From Octopus vulgaris (taxonomy: Eukaryota), in assembly GCA_951406725.2 (NCBI GenBank), contig OX597825.1, forward strand, positions 65,844,001 through 65,908,000: 64,000 nt of DNA, written 5' to 3'. Below, piece by piece: positions 27,756 to 41,010 of this stretch. A model generated the notes under the pieces. It made no database searches, was not told the DNA's origin, and saw only the letters and a program-made list of their open reading frames with translations. The stretch's first letter is position 1. Every line of letters starts with the position of its first letter. The translations under genes and the position numbers were made by a program.

Positions 27756-28301
27756 GCCCTTTTCAAGCCTAGAGAGGCTCATGGGCCTGGTTTCCCGGTT
27801 TCTGTAGCGTATGTGTTCCCCCCAGCTGGACAGGACACTAGTCCATCACAGAGTTACCCAAGAAACAGAAAGAAAGAGTGAGAGAAAGTTGTGGCGAAAG
27901 GCGGCGAGCTGGCAAAATCGTTAGCACGCCGGGCGAAATGCCTAGCGGTATTTTGTCTGTCATTACGTTCTGAGTTCAAATTCCGCTAAGGTCGACTTTG
28001 CCTTTCATCCTTTTGGGGTCGATTAAATAAGTACCAGTTACGCACTGGGTCAATGTAATCGACTTAATCCGTTTGTCTGTCCTTGTTTGTCCCCTCTATG
28101 TTTAGCCCCTTGTAGGCAATAAAGAAATAAGAATGTTGTGGCGAAAGAGTACAACAGGAGTCGACACCACCCTTGCCCGGGCCTCGTGGAGCTCTTAGAT
28201 GTTTTCACTCAATAAACACACACAACGCCCGGACTGGGAATCGAAACCGCGATCCTCCGACTGCGAGTCCGCTGCCCTGACCACTGGGCCATTGTGCCTC
28301 C
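27756..28301 (-). mobile_element. SINE family 3 with a nested family 2 SINE (27901-28134, +)
   Basis: tRNA-like head at 28235-28301 (minus). The nested copy is flanked by TSD gttgtggcgaaag (27888-27900 / 28135-28147). Confidence 0.85.
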
Positions 28302-28840
28302 ATTTTGGAACATAAATCAGCATGAAATTTTAATGTACGGCTTTAATTTCGATCATTTTAAAACAGGAAGCTTGTATGCTATAACTAAAGACAACCTCAA
28401 GCATATTGATATCAAATTTGTTAAATACTCTAAAGCTGATACGTGGACTGATTAGCACGTTGCTTTTGAATATATTATCTTCATACTAAGTTTATATAGT
28501 CGTTAATCATATTATTAGGTATTATAATCACTAATTAGAAATAGAAAATTAGACTAATTAATTAGTCTTGAAGCACGTGCCGATCACTTGCCAAGCAACT
28601 ATATTACGGGATAGTACAAAAGAGCGCCTGTAATACGAAACATAGTCGGCCGATACATAAGGTGACATACTGGCAGAACTGTTAGAGCATTAGAAAGGAA
28701 TGAATTCCTCTGTTTGTTCAAGGCCTTTGCATTCTGAGATCAAATCCTACCAAACATAACTTTAATCATCATCATTTCGGGTTTTGATAAATATGACATC
28801 TGTCACCATTAAGTTCTCTCTCTCTCTCTCTCTCTCCCTA

Positions 28841-28874
<34 letters not shown>

Positions 28875-29007
28875 GTATGACTGTTTCATCCCGCCATGAT
28901 CGATCATATAAATCTCATTTTGTGGATTAAGGTCGATTAAATTGATTACTTCTTTCCCTCACAAGTTCTAATCTTGTGCTAATATTAGTAGCCTTCATTA
29001 TAAATAC

Positions 29008-29234
29008 TATTGTTTTATTACAATGTGAAGAATACTTACCATCTCAATATGGCTAACCACTAAGGGTGGCTGTTACTGTAGCTTGTAGCTCCAGGAGAAC
29101 ATCGTCTCCAGCTACAAGCTACAATAACACCCACCCTTGGTGGTTAGCCATACTGAGATGGCAAGTATACCTCACATTGTCGTGCAGTTACTGTTTATAC
29201 CTCGTTCAGAGATTTATTATTGTTTTATTACAAT
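29008..29234 (+). mobile_element. Short fold-back retro-insertion with 17-bp TSD
   Basis: Arms about 29020-29090 / 29110-29180. The direct repeat tattgttttattacaat is at 29008-29024 and 29218-29234. Confidence 0.75.
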
Positions 29235-30147
29235 ACGCTTGAATTGCTAAAATTAAATGCGCAATCCCCCCCTTCCCCGATCTCACTCCCTGTATTCCCA
29301 GGAACACTATACATGAAAATCGGGCGTATTGGTCATAATCAGAATAATTAGTTCCTAGGTTTGCTCAATACGGACCAAGCTACAAGTAAACAACGAGAAC
29401 AAGAACAAGAGCGACAACGACAACAATGATAACAGTTGTAGCACCAAAAAAGCAAACGACCCTGGAGTGGAATATTAAGAAAGGTCTTATAATCTGAAAG
29501 GTTTCTTTGTTTTGGAAGTATCAAGAAACGTGTATTTTTTTTAATATTTTTTTTTTCAAAATACTATGCCACCAATTTTTTGTAGTTTTTTTTTGTGTGT
29601 GTCTTTGTATCCATTATTTTCTCAAAATCGGTGATACATTTTAATTGATCTCCAGCTGTGAAGCACGAAACAGTCTGTAGATTCAGATTTTCCAATGTGT
29701 GCATGCACGGATATCTTGAAATTAAACATTCTCACATTCTCACATTCTCATATGTTAAATTTCTTTTATATAAGAAGCCACATATGTTTCCTCATGCTCA
29801 GTATTATTTACTTTGTGTCTAAGCCAACTAAAGAGATTTGCCATTTATTTTATTTATCTGCTTATATATTTTTCCTTCCTTTGATTTACAGGAAGGAGTG
29901 TAACTATTGCTTCCGTCAGCCCTTCAATATAAGTGAGATCGACCAGATTAGCACTCCTACAAATAGTTGCAAGTCTACGGCTGCATGAAAAGAATTATGT
30001 ACGAATAGGATTCCAGAGGGGATAATAGAGTTAATGCAATTACATATTTAGTTGTTGTATTAGATTGCCTTCTGTACAGCCATTTTATATTGCAAATCTA
30101 ATCCTGCAGGTACAAAAGTAATTAAGAGTGATAATGATAACAGTAAA

Positions 30148-30390
30148 AAATAAATAAATGCGCCAGGCTCATGGGCCCGGTTTCCCGGTTTCAATGGCGT
30201 ATGTATTCCCCAGCTGAACGGGACGCCAGTCCATCGCAGTGTTACTCATTTTTGCCAGCTGAGTGGACTGGAGCAACGTGAAATGAAGTGTTTTGCTCAA
30301 GAACACAACGAGTCGCCCCGTCTACGAATCGAAACCACAATCTTACGATTATGATGTTGACACCCTAACAACTAAGCCACACACCTCCAC
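30148..30390 (-). mobile_element. SINE family 3
   Basis: Reverse complement of 40788-41010. Confidence 0.8.
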
Positions 30391-30394
30391 AATG

Positions 30395-31360
30395 ATAACA
30401 ATAATAGTGCTTTATTTACCACAAATGGTTCACAAAAAACTTTGGGGACGGTACAGGAAATACAATGTGGAGTTACATAAAGGAGCGTGTAAAAATTACA
30501 AACGGTAACAAAATAAATACTAACAATGAAAATTTCTCCAAAAGAATATTTCCTAGAGCTGCACGTGGAGATCCTACAAAACCACGGTCGTCCTGACCAC
30601 TAGGGCAAGTGCCCTCCGAACATCGTCTTCCTTTTATCTACAGACGCAGGCTTGGTGTAGGCCCTTTTACCCGAACCATTTTTGTCACATTCGCCCACTT
30701 CTCAATAAAATTGTTGGGGAGCAGCACTTCCGTCTCTACCCTCACCTCGCTTTATAAGGGAAACTTGAAAAAGTTGATGAGGATTTGGCCAAAGAGGAAA
30801 GTATCACTCATTAGTCTTTTCAATCTGGTCCACCACAAAACCACTGTCGCTAACTTCACCAGGCAAAGAAACACTGCCTGCCCTTTCCAGCCAAAAGAAG
30901 GCGATGGGATGATCATCACAATGGACTCAGCCAATAGCCGGATCCTTCCTACTCGTGACAGCAGGTGTGCAACGTAAACCTACAAGACAACAATGCTAGG
31001 GTGCTGGATGAGAGCGTACAGAATAGTTACGTCCCTCTACGCGCATCTCGGCCAACCCGTCTCCCGGCGCTTCCATGCCTGTATATTTTATCCCGAACTG
31101 GCAATGCTCCTTGGCAGCACTGTCGGGTCAGAAATTTCAGGAAATAATCCATGGGCCCCAGCCCGAAAATCCTCTGGAACAGACCAACCAGCTGATTCTA
31201 GTCAACGCCCAGAGTCTCCCCGAGAACGTCGTCACACCTGCTCACCACAAACCTTTTATAGAACGCCAAAGCGGAATTGAGAGAGGTCCAAAGTCTGCAA
31301 AACAGCTGCTCAACCTGAAGAAGGTGGCGTCCTCCCGAAAGTGATGTTGTGGTCATGGAC
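30395..31360 (-). mobile_element. 3' fragment of an L1/Tx1-type LINE (decayed)
   Basis: QCCQGALPVRDKIYRHG..PRC (zinc-finger region), VVLWWTRLK..INFFKF..NFIEKW, and a 3' aataaa. Confidence 0.7.
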
Positions 31361-32095
31361 GAACAGCATCGGGTTATCTAATTGGTATCTAGATATAGTA
31401 GTTTGTAGGCCAGTTGATAAGGGTAACATAAGTTTTAAAATCGTCGGCTACACAAATTCGTGATCTGAACGGTCGATCTAGATAAGCTTCGTAGGCAGAG
31501 ACCCGGCTACTGGAAAGTGAACGCATCCCTCCCACCGTGCAAGTTTACAGAGACCGGGTTAGCAAATTAGACTGGATTGTGAGCACCTGATGACACTCTA
31601 GGTGTCGGAGACATTTCTGTCAATCGGGCAATGCGGTCGGTGGAACCCACTATTGCATACCGCGTTTCCACAGCTATTATAGCAACTCATGCTATCCTTA
31701 TCTACTGACCTACAGACTACTCTTTTTGATACGACCTAAATGACCTGATGTCCTTGACCACACTATTACATTCGGGAAATACACTAGTGAGACAACTTCT
31801 TCAGATTTAGCTGCTGTCTCGCAGACTGTAGACCTCTTACAGTTGAATTATTCTACAGCAACGAGCTTAGTTATAACTTCTACGGTTGAAGGAGACATAA
31901 CTGTCACCTAAGTTCAAATTTTGCATCAATCTTCCTTTTTTGTGTGCTTTGTCAAATACCAGTGTCCTGATTTCCAAATAGATCAAACCATGAGGTCAGA
32001 GCTTGCAGATTGCTTGGACACAAGGAATGTTATTCAAACCTGCCTAAACATGTGGCTTAATGGCAACAAATTATTAAAGTTGGTATTACTAACTG

Positions 32096-32198
<103 letters not shown>

Positions 32199-32333
32199 TA
32201 CTGGCTTCATTGGAACTTCAAAATCAACAACAGAGTATTTTTATGCATGTTGTACGTATGTATGTATATGTGTAGATTTGTTTGTTTTGCTTTATGTATG
32301 TATGCATATAGCTGCATATAGTTGCATATCTAG

Positions 32334-32420
<87 letters not shown>

Positions 32421-32532
32421 TGCATGCAAACTTTCTGGTAAGTTTTACAGATTTTTACAGTTCCAATGATGGACTGGATCTGTAGTCTTCGAATTAGCTT
32501 TCTCCCTTCTGGTTTTGAGAAGCCGATGTCTG

Positions 32533-32564
<32 letters not shown>

Positions 32565-32627
32565 CATGTATTTCATTTGTGTATTTGGTTTGTAAGATTC
32601 TTTATGTGAATTCGTGTGTTGAAGCAT

Positions 32628-33200
32628 ATTATATTGTATCTGGGATGGGGGTCATTCTCTTTTAGTGCCTTATTAATTTAACACACTCACCGGTCTGATT
32701 TCCACTCATTTACGTATTTATTTTTACTAAACTTTCGTTGCGGCTATTGAAAATGTTGCAAGACGGAACGCGCAGGAGTGGCTGTTTGGTAAGTAGCTTG
32801 CTAACCATCCACATGGCTCCGGGTTCAGTCCGACCTCTGGCACCTTGGGCAAGTGTCTTCTACTATAGCCTCAGGCCGACCAAAGCCATGTGAGTGGATT
32901 TGGTTGACGGAAACTGAAAGAAGCCCGTCGTATATATGTATATGTTTATATATGTGTGTTTGTGTGTCTGTGTTTGCCACACCCACACCCAACATCGCTT
33001 GACAACCGATGCTGGTGTGTTTACGTCCTCGTAACTTAGTGGTTGGGCAAAAGAGACCGAAAGAAGTACTAGGTCAAGTATGGCCGCAGTCAATTGACTG
33101 AAACAAGTAAAAGAGTAAGTAAATGAGAGGAAATTAGACCGGTGAGTGTGTTAAATTAAGAGCAGTAAAAGCGAATGACTCTCCCCAGACACAATAATAT
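32628..33200. mobile_element. Fold-back element with a family 1 SINE (32768-33118, +) between its arms
   Basis: Arms about 32628-32713 / 33119-33200 are inverted (aatttaacacactcaccggtct / agaccggtgagtgtgttaaatt). Confidence 0.75.
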
Positions 33201-34102
33201 ATATATACACATTCGATTCTATTGACCTTTTTAAAAGTACATTATTTTAATGGCCAATGAAAGAGAATAACACAGTTTACATTAGTGAGGTCAGAAAGTT
33301 GAAACCAGTACAGTAGGGCATTGAGTACAAAGCGGAATATCTGTTTCTCAGTAAATATTTATGATACAAAATTGTAACAACTCGTGGGCGAGAAAACAGT
33401 GGTTTATGTACTCTTGAAAGTTAAGATTCTGCTTGAGCTACTGTTTATGATCTGTATAATCCTCTTTCTATGATATGAATTAATCCCTTTTCTCAAGAAT
33501 ACAATGGGATTAAATTTCTGAAAGAAATTATGCAAAACAACTAAACGCGCCATAAACTATCGCTACATCTAGGCAAACTAAAAGGAATGAAATCACAAGC
33601 AATGCATTGTTTTTTCTTTTAGAAATGTTATTTCAGAGTCCAAATCACAGGACTTGTATTAGTGAATAACAAAAATCGGTAGAGAATCGAATAAAATTCC
33701 TTGTAGTATTTCTTCGAGCTTTTTACATTCTGATTTCCAATTCCGCCCAGCTTAACGTTGATTTCATTCTTCCGGAGACGATAAAATAAAGTACGAGGTA
33801 AGTCCTGGGGTTTGATGAAATTGGTTAACTGTTTCCCTAAAATTTGAAACCCTGTACCTGCAAGTGACACTGTACTTACGACAGAACCAGTTAAAGGATT
33901 GTGGATTAGCGGAATCACTGGAGCGGCATCTCTTCAGGTTCCTTGCATTCTGGGTTAGAATACCACCGAATATATCTTTGTTTATAATATAGATCAAATA
34001 AAATACTAGTCAAGAACTCCAGTCAGTGCAATCAACTAAGCCCTATTCCCAAATTTCAGGCCTTGTACTTATATTAAAAACAATTATTATTATTAATATA
34101 AA

Positions 34103-34508
<406 letters not shown>

Positions 34509-34535
34509 TTATTATTAACAATAATAATAATAATA

Positions 34536-34602
<67 letters not shown>

Positions 34603-34604
<2 letters not shown>

Positions 34605-34785
34605 GAGTGAGAGGGCAGTGCATGCCATCAAAGTGACACTGAGGTAATATATACGAAGCTCAATATACCCATCATGACTACCCGTCTTATAAGGATACAC
34701 CAGGTACGTGCATCACAACCATATGCACACGTCTTGGTGATCTCATATCAAGATAAACAGAACATGACCTTGCAGGTGAGGCTTA
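34603..34785 (-). mobile_element. Short retro-element fragment with (AAT)n tail
   Basis: Non-simple block abutting (ATT)n. Family assignment is by recollection only. Confidence 0.4.
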
Positions 34786-35101
34786 TAATTTACTTCACAC
34801 ACACACACACACACATGTGTGTATATATATGCGAGTGTGTGTTTATGTGATAGAAAAAAACTGAATCGTATATATTAATATTTGCCTGTATATATGTGTG
34901 TGTGTGAATGTGGGTGTTTGTGTATGTGTGTGCGTATGTGTGGGTGGGTGTGTTTTAGTTAAACAAGATTATATGACCAAACCAAAACAACCTTCTCGTC
35001 AACGATTATACACATCAGAACATAGAAAACATTTTGCGCCAGAAATTCTAGTGTGTACATATATATATACATACACACACACATACATATAAGTGTAAAT
35101 A

Positions 35102-35152
<51 letters not shown>

Positions 35153-35494
35153 CTTTGTGGGCATGAATATATATATATATATATATATATATTCATGCCC
35201 ACAAAGACACACGCACATACACACACACACAACATATATGTTATACACGCAAATGTATTGTACTATATACATAAAGGATTTCATAAAAAGAACGATATTA
35301 CTCTAGAGTTTTTTTATCCTTTACATTAACTCTGATCTTATTGATATAGGGATATGTTTCATTTCTTTATATATCAACCCAGAATTCTACGTATTCCCCT
35401 CCTTCTCTACAAAAAGAAATAATTTCCCAAAATGTATGATATATGTATGTCTGCTCACACGCACACACACGTATGCCTACATATGTATATATGC

Positions 35495-35591
<97 letters not shown>

Positions 35592-35892
35592 GGTAGGTAG
35601 TGGTTTTACTTTTTCTCTTATATTAAGCTTTTTAATACTTTTTGATAGTTATATATATTTAATTAAAAAATAAATAAAAATAAAATTTTAAAAAATAAAT
35701 AAATAAATAAATAAAAAGTAAAAAATTAAAAATTTAAAAAAATTTAAATTTATAAATATAACTTAATAATTTTAGTTTTTAAATTTTATATTTAAAATAT
35801 TTTGTATATCATATTAATTATTTTTATTTTTATGTTTTGGTTTATGTTTTTCATTGTTTGATTTGCCTAATAGTGGTTTTATCTCTAATTTA

Positions 35893-35959
<67 letters not shown>

Positions 35960-35977
35960 ATTTAATACATATCTATA

Positions 35978-36119
35978 ATAAGTAACTTGCATACCAACCA
36001 CATAATTTCGGGTTCAGTCCCATTGCGGGGTACCTTGGGCAAGTGAATTCTACTGTAGCATCGGGCCGAACAAAGCCTTGTGAGTGGATTTGGTAGATGC
36101 AAACTGAAAGCATCCCGTC

Positions 36120-36157
<38 letters not shown>

Positions 36158-36421
36158 GACGGGATTCTTTCAGTTTTCATCTACCAAATCCATATATATA
36201 TATGTATGAGTGTATGTGTTTTTGTGTCTCTGTTTGTCCCCTACCATCGCTTCACAACCAATGTTGGTGTGTTTACGTCCACGTAATTTAGTAATTCGGC
36301 AAAAGAGACTGCTAGAAAAAGTACTAGTCTCACAAATAATATGTCCTGGTGTCGATTTGTTCGACCAAAAGCAGTGCTCCAGCATGGCTGTAGTCAAATG
36401 ACTGAAACATATAAAAGAATA
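35978..36421 (+). mobile_element. SINE family 1 (diverged)
   Basis: Homologous to 3885-4326. Confidence 0.8.
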
Positions 36422-36691
36422 TATTAGAAGTTGGCGACTATAACCTGGCAATTCTCCTGATAGGAATACAACACTATAAAGTGAAGGCCTTGTGGTTTCC
36501 TGTTTCTCATTCGATTTGGTACTTCTTAGAGCTCACATTCTCTAGAGTGAAGATATTAATTTCGCTACTTCATCATTTTTTAGAATATGGGCAAATTAAA
36601 GGAAGAAATGCACTCCTAAAGTACACCCAATTAAATTTACGAAATTCGGTAAAGGAATGTTCGCGCGCGAGCGTGTGTGTGTCTGTGTAAA

Positions 36692-36758
<67 letters not shown>

Positions 36759-36933
36759 ATATATATATATTATATTTATATATATATTTATATATATATA
36801 TATATATATTAATAGTCAGTCGTTTGTGCTTTAAAATTATATTACGTTCAATTTGACTGTGTGCTTCTTTAACATAAAAGATTAAGCATATAAATACATA
36901 TATCAGTATATACATATACATATACATACATAG

Positions 36934-37015
<82 letters not shown>

Positions 37016-37072
37016 GGTAAGGAAACATTTTTTTTTAAATGCAGAATGCTCAAAAAACTTTTTAAACATAAA

Positions 37073-37113
37073 TATTCTTGACAAGTCATACAATGACGAA
37101 AACCGGTTGAATA
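37073..37113 (+). ncRNA. Hammerhead-like motif with U3-A8 core variant, inside a fold-back insert (about 37013-37255)
   Basis: tattc-TTGACAA-gtcat-aca-atgac-GAAA(A)-ccgg-TT-gaata. Inverted arms aaatgcagaatgctcaaa / tttgagcattctgcattt. Confidence 0.55.
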
Positions 37114-37501
37114 AATATATATTTATATATTTTATCAATTTCTCATTTTATAAAAAAATTTTTTTCATTTGAGCATTCTGCATTTTTTTTAAAATTTTTC
37201 CTTACTTATCATTTCTCCACGTGCGGTCAACACAAACCCACCATTTATTGATCTATATATACATATATACATATATACATATACATATATATATACATAT
37301 ACATATATATATATTCTTATATATACACATATCTATACGTACATATACATATGCATAATATATATATACATATATATATATATTGTTATATTTCGGAATG
37401 GTCATATTGCCAGTTTAGCCAATAAAAACACACGCACTATATATTTGGTGTTATTTTGCTTCAGTGATATTTATTTTTTACATTAATCTTAATCTTATTT
37501 C

Positions 37502-37546
37502 GGCCAAAGTTCTTTCGTCACACTCCTGTGACCGCATCAGTGGTCC
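37502..37546 (-). ncRNA. Hammerhead-like motif (A9 altered) in fold-back insert 37381-37790
   Basis: cca-CTGATGC-g-gtcac-aggagt-gtgac-GAAA-gaac-TT-tgg. Perfect 41-bp inverted arms at 37381-37421 / 37695-37735. Confidence 0.55.
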
Positions 37547-37789
37547 TTTGTTTTCTTCTCACTTACTTGTGTCTCTCCTTACTAACCGTCAGCCATTTTG
37601 TATTTCTATTGTATGTCTTCATTTGCGCATGCTTATATCTCTATGTGCGTCTATGTTTATTTAGTGTGGGGATGTCTGTAATATTTGTATCTTCTGGCTA
37701 AACTGGCAATATGACCATTCCGAAATATAACAATATCTGTTTCAACACACGACTTCACATAAAAAATCTTGCACAACAAATATTTAAAC

Positions 37790-37848
<59 letters not shown>

Positions 37849-38016
37849 TATACATATATATCTATATACATATGCATATATATATACATATATATACATA
37901 TACATATATATCTATATACATATATATATATACATATATATACGTACATATACATATGCATAACATATATATACATATATATATATACATATGCATATAT
38001 ATATATATATATATAT

Positions 38017-38553
38017 ATTCTTGTTTTTATTCTTTTACGTGTTTCAGTCATCTGACTGCGGCCATGCTGGAGCACCATCTTTAGTCAAACAAATCGACCC
38101 CATGACTTATTCTTTGTAAGCCTGGTACTCGTTCTATCGGTTCTTTTGCCGAACCACTAAGTTACGGGGACGTAAACACAACATCGGTTGTCAAGCGATT
38201 GTGGGAGACAAACACAGACACAAATATATAGATACACACACGTGTGTGTGTGTTTGGAGGCATGACCTGGTGATTAGAACAGTGGACTTACGGTCGAAGG
38301 ATCGCAGGTTCAAATATCAGACCTGGTGATGTGTGTGCTTATGAGCGAAATCCACGTTGCATCGGCAGAAGTTAATGACGAACGAACTTTTGCTGACTCT
38401 TTCACCACAACTTTCTCATTCTCTCCTCCTCCATCTAGCAGCCCACCTGAGACAGACCGATGCCCCATCCAGGTGGGGAACCTATACGCCAATGAAACCG
38501 GAAACCGTCCCTTATGAGCCAGGCATGGCTCGATAGGGAACAAACAACATATA

Positions 38554-38628
<75 letters not shown>

Positions 38629-38772
38629 GGATTCTTTCAGTTTCCGTCTACCAAATCTACCCACTAAGCTTTAGTCAACCCGAGGATATAGCAGAAGACA
38701 CTTTCCCAAGGTGCTATACAGTGGAACTGAACCCGGAACCGTGCGGTTGGGAAGCAAATTTCTTGCCACACA
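38017..38772 (-). mobile_element. SINE family 1 split by a family 3-type SINE (38256-38548, +) inserted in its internal microsatellite
   Basis: Tail half at 38017-38228 and head half at 38622-38772. Confidence 0.75.
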
Positions 38773-38852
38773 TTCACAAAAATATTTTAAGATATTTTTT
38801 TGCATGCGTGTATGTATATGTGGTGCAGTATAGAAAATATATAAGGTATATA

Positions 38853-38989
<137 letters not shown>

Positions 38990-39034
38990 CAAATGTATTT
39001 ATGCATTACGTATATGTGTGTGTGTTTGTGTGAG

Positions 39035-39100
<66 letters not shown>

Positions 39101-39541
39101 AGAGAGAGAGAAAGCGAGAGACAGACAGACAAAGACAGACAGACAGAGAGACAGAGAGAGGGAGGGAAAGAACTGTACAAACGAAAGAAAAAGCACTCAG
39201 CATGCATCCAAGAATTTACAAATATTTGATTTAAATTTTTACGCAGAATCCCATCACTCAATATTTCTCAGAAGTGAGGCACAATAATCCGCATCATCGG
39301 GGTTCCTGTTTCTGAGCAAAAACATTTTAATGCGATTTTTATACAAACAGCTTAATACAAGCATAAATGTTTGTTTAGATGTATTCATACGCAAACACAG
39401 ACACACACACATATATGTGTAATATATCCATTATATATATATATATATACATAAAATATATATTAATATAAACAGCACTATTCAATGTTTCACCAAAATG
39501 GAGAATTATTATCGTTACTAAATATGATTAGGGTCTTAGAA

Positions 39542-40167
39542 ACACCTACATTGCTAGAAAACAAATCTAAGATGCTCTAATGTTGTAAACGCACATGAAT
39601 GTAAACAGATACACTAACACGAAACTTAATTATTTCGAGCCAGTCTCCACTGATGAGGCAACGGAAATTACCGAAACTGACGTATGTACTAAGAATTCTC
39701 GATCGGCATTTTTAGAACCATTAAGTTCCCTGATAGAATATGAATTCATATTGACGTGCGTTGAGTACAGCCTCTGAGCGTTTTAGCGCTTATTTCTAAC
39801 AATGTAAGTGTTTGTAACACCCTAATCACATGTAGTGATAATTATAATTCTCCTATTTGATGAAGCATTGCAAACTGCTGTTTATATTAATTTTTGAATA
39901 CACATTAGCCAATCGCTAAATCATCCATTAATTTGGATGACGGAAACATATAAACTAAAAGACATGCAATTCCGAAAACAGCCGGATTTTCGAGACAGTC
40001 TTAATTAATGAGGCAACGGAAATTGCCGAAACCGACGTCATTATTGAGAATTCTCGATCAGCAGTTTATGGTACAATTAAGGTCCCTGTTTGTGGATATG
40101 TTTACATTTATGTGTGCTGACTACAGCATTAGAGCATTTTAGCTCTTATTTCTAGCAATGTAGGTGT
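39542..40167 (+). mobile_element. PLE pseudo-LTR array: inverted arm plus two direct repeats (360 bp period), each with a hammerhead
   Basis: 39542-39606 is the inverse of 40101-40167. Repeats lie at about 39632-39810 and 39988-40167. Confidence 0.8.
39648..39686 (+). ncRNA. Minimal hammerhead (second, core-mutated copy at about 40003-40041)
   Basis: ca-CTGATGA-ggcaa-cggaaa-ttacc-GAAA-ctgacg-TA-tg. Copy 2 reads TTAATGA-ggcaa..ttgcc-GAAA-ccgacg-TC. Confidence 0.7.
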
Positions 40168-40787
40168 AAATATATATATATATATATATATGGATGCATA
40201 ACATGTATAAAAGGTCGGATATTGTTATTTGGGTCAATTAAGAAAAAGTGCTAACTGTTACGGCGGTCATCCTCCTGACTATGTGAATACCACTTCAAAA
40301 GTCAAAGACGGAGGATACTTATAGTTAGCTGCTTGGAAACCTCCAAATTCTATACCCAGAATTATAAATTCACATTTATTCCAACATTCACTGCACTTGA
40401 TATTGTTAGTGAATTCCGAAGTGACAATATGGAAAAGATAAGAGAAATCAGAAAGAGAAAACAACCAGCTAACACGCACATTATAAATGCAATCTGTAAG
40501 CCGAACAGTAAAAATATGCAAGACTTTTCGTATCTTCAAAATTTGATACAGTTTTTGTTATCTACATTCCAGGGATTGAACTTAATATCATTGTTGAAAA
40601 CCAACTCCTCTCTTACAGGATGGCTTCAAATCATTAATAATAAAAGAGAACATGCATACATACATACATACATACATACATAAATACATACATACATACA
40701 TACATACATACATACATACATACATACATACATACATACATAAAGAATAATTTTATCTTCGGGTATACATATTGTAGTATGCTGTTT

Positions 40788-41010
40788 TCATGATCGTAAG
40801 ATTGTGGTTTCGATTCCTGGACCGGGTGATGCGTTGTGTTCTTGAGGAAAACACTTCATTTCACGTTGCTCCAATCCACTCAGCTGGCAAAAAGGAGTAA
40901 CGCTGCGATGGACTGGCATCCCGTCCAGTTGGGGAACACATACGCCATTAAAACCGGGAAACCGGGTCATGAGCCTGGCTAGGCTTTAAAAGGGCGCATT
41001 TATTTATTTA
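40788..41010 (+). mobile_element. SINE family 3
   Basis: B-box ggtttcgattcc, body shared with 30148-30390, (attt)n tail. Confidence 0.8.
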
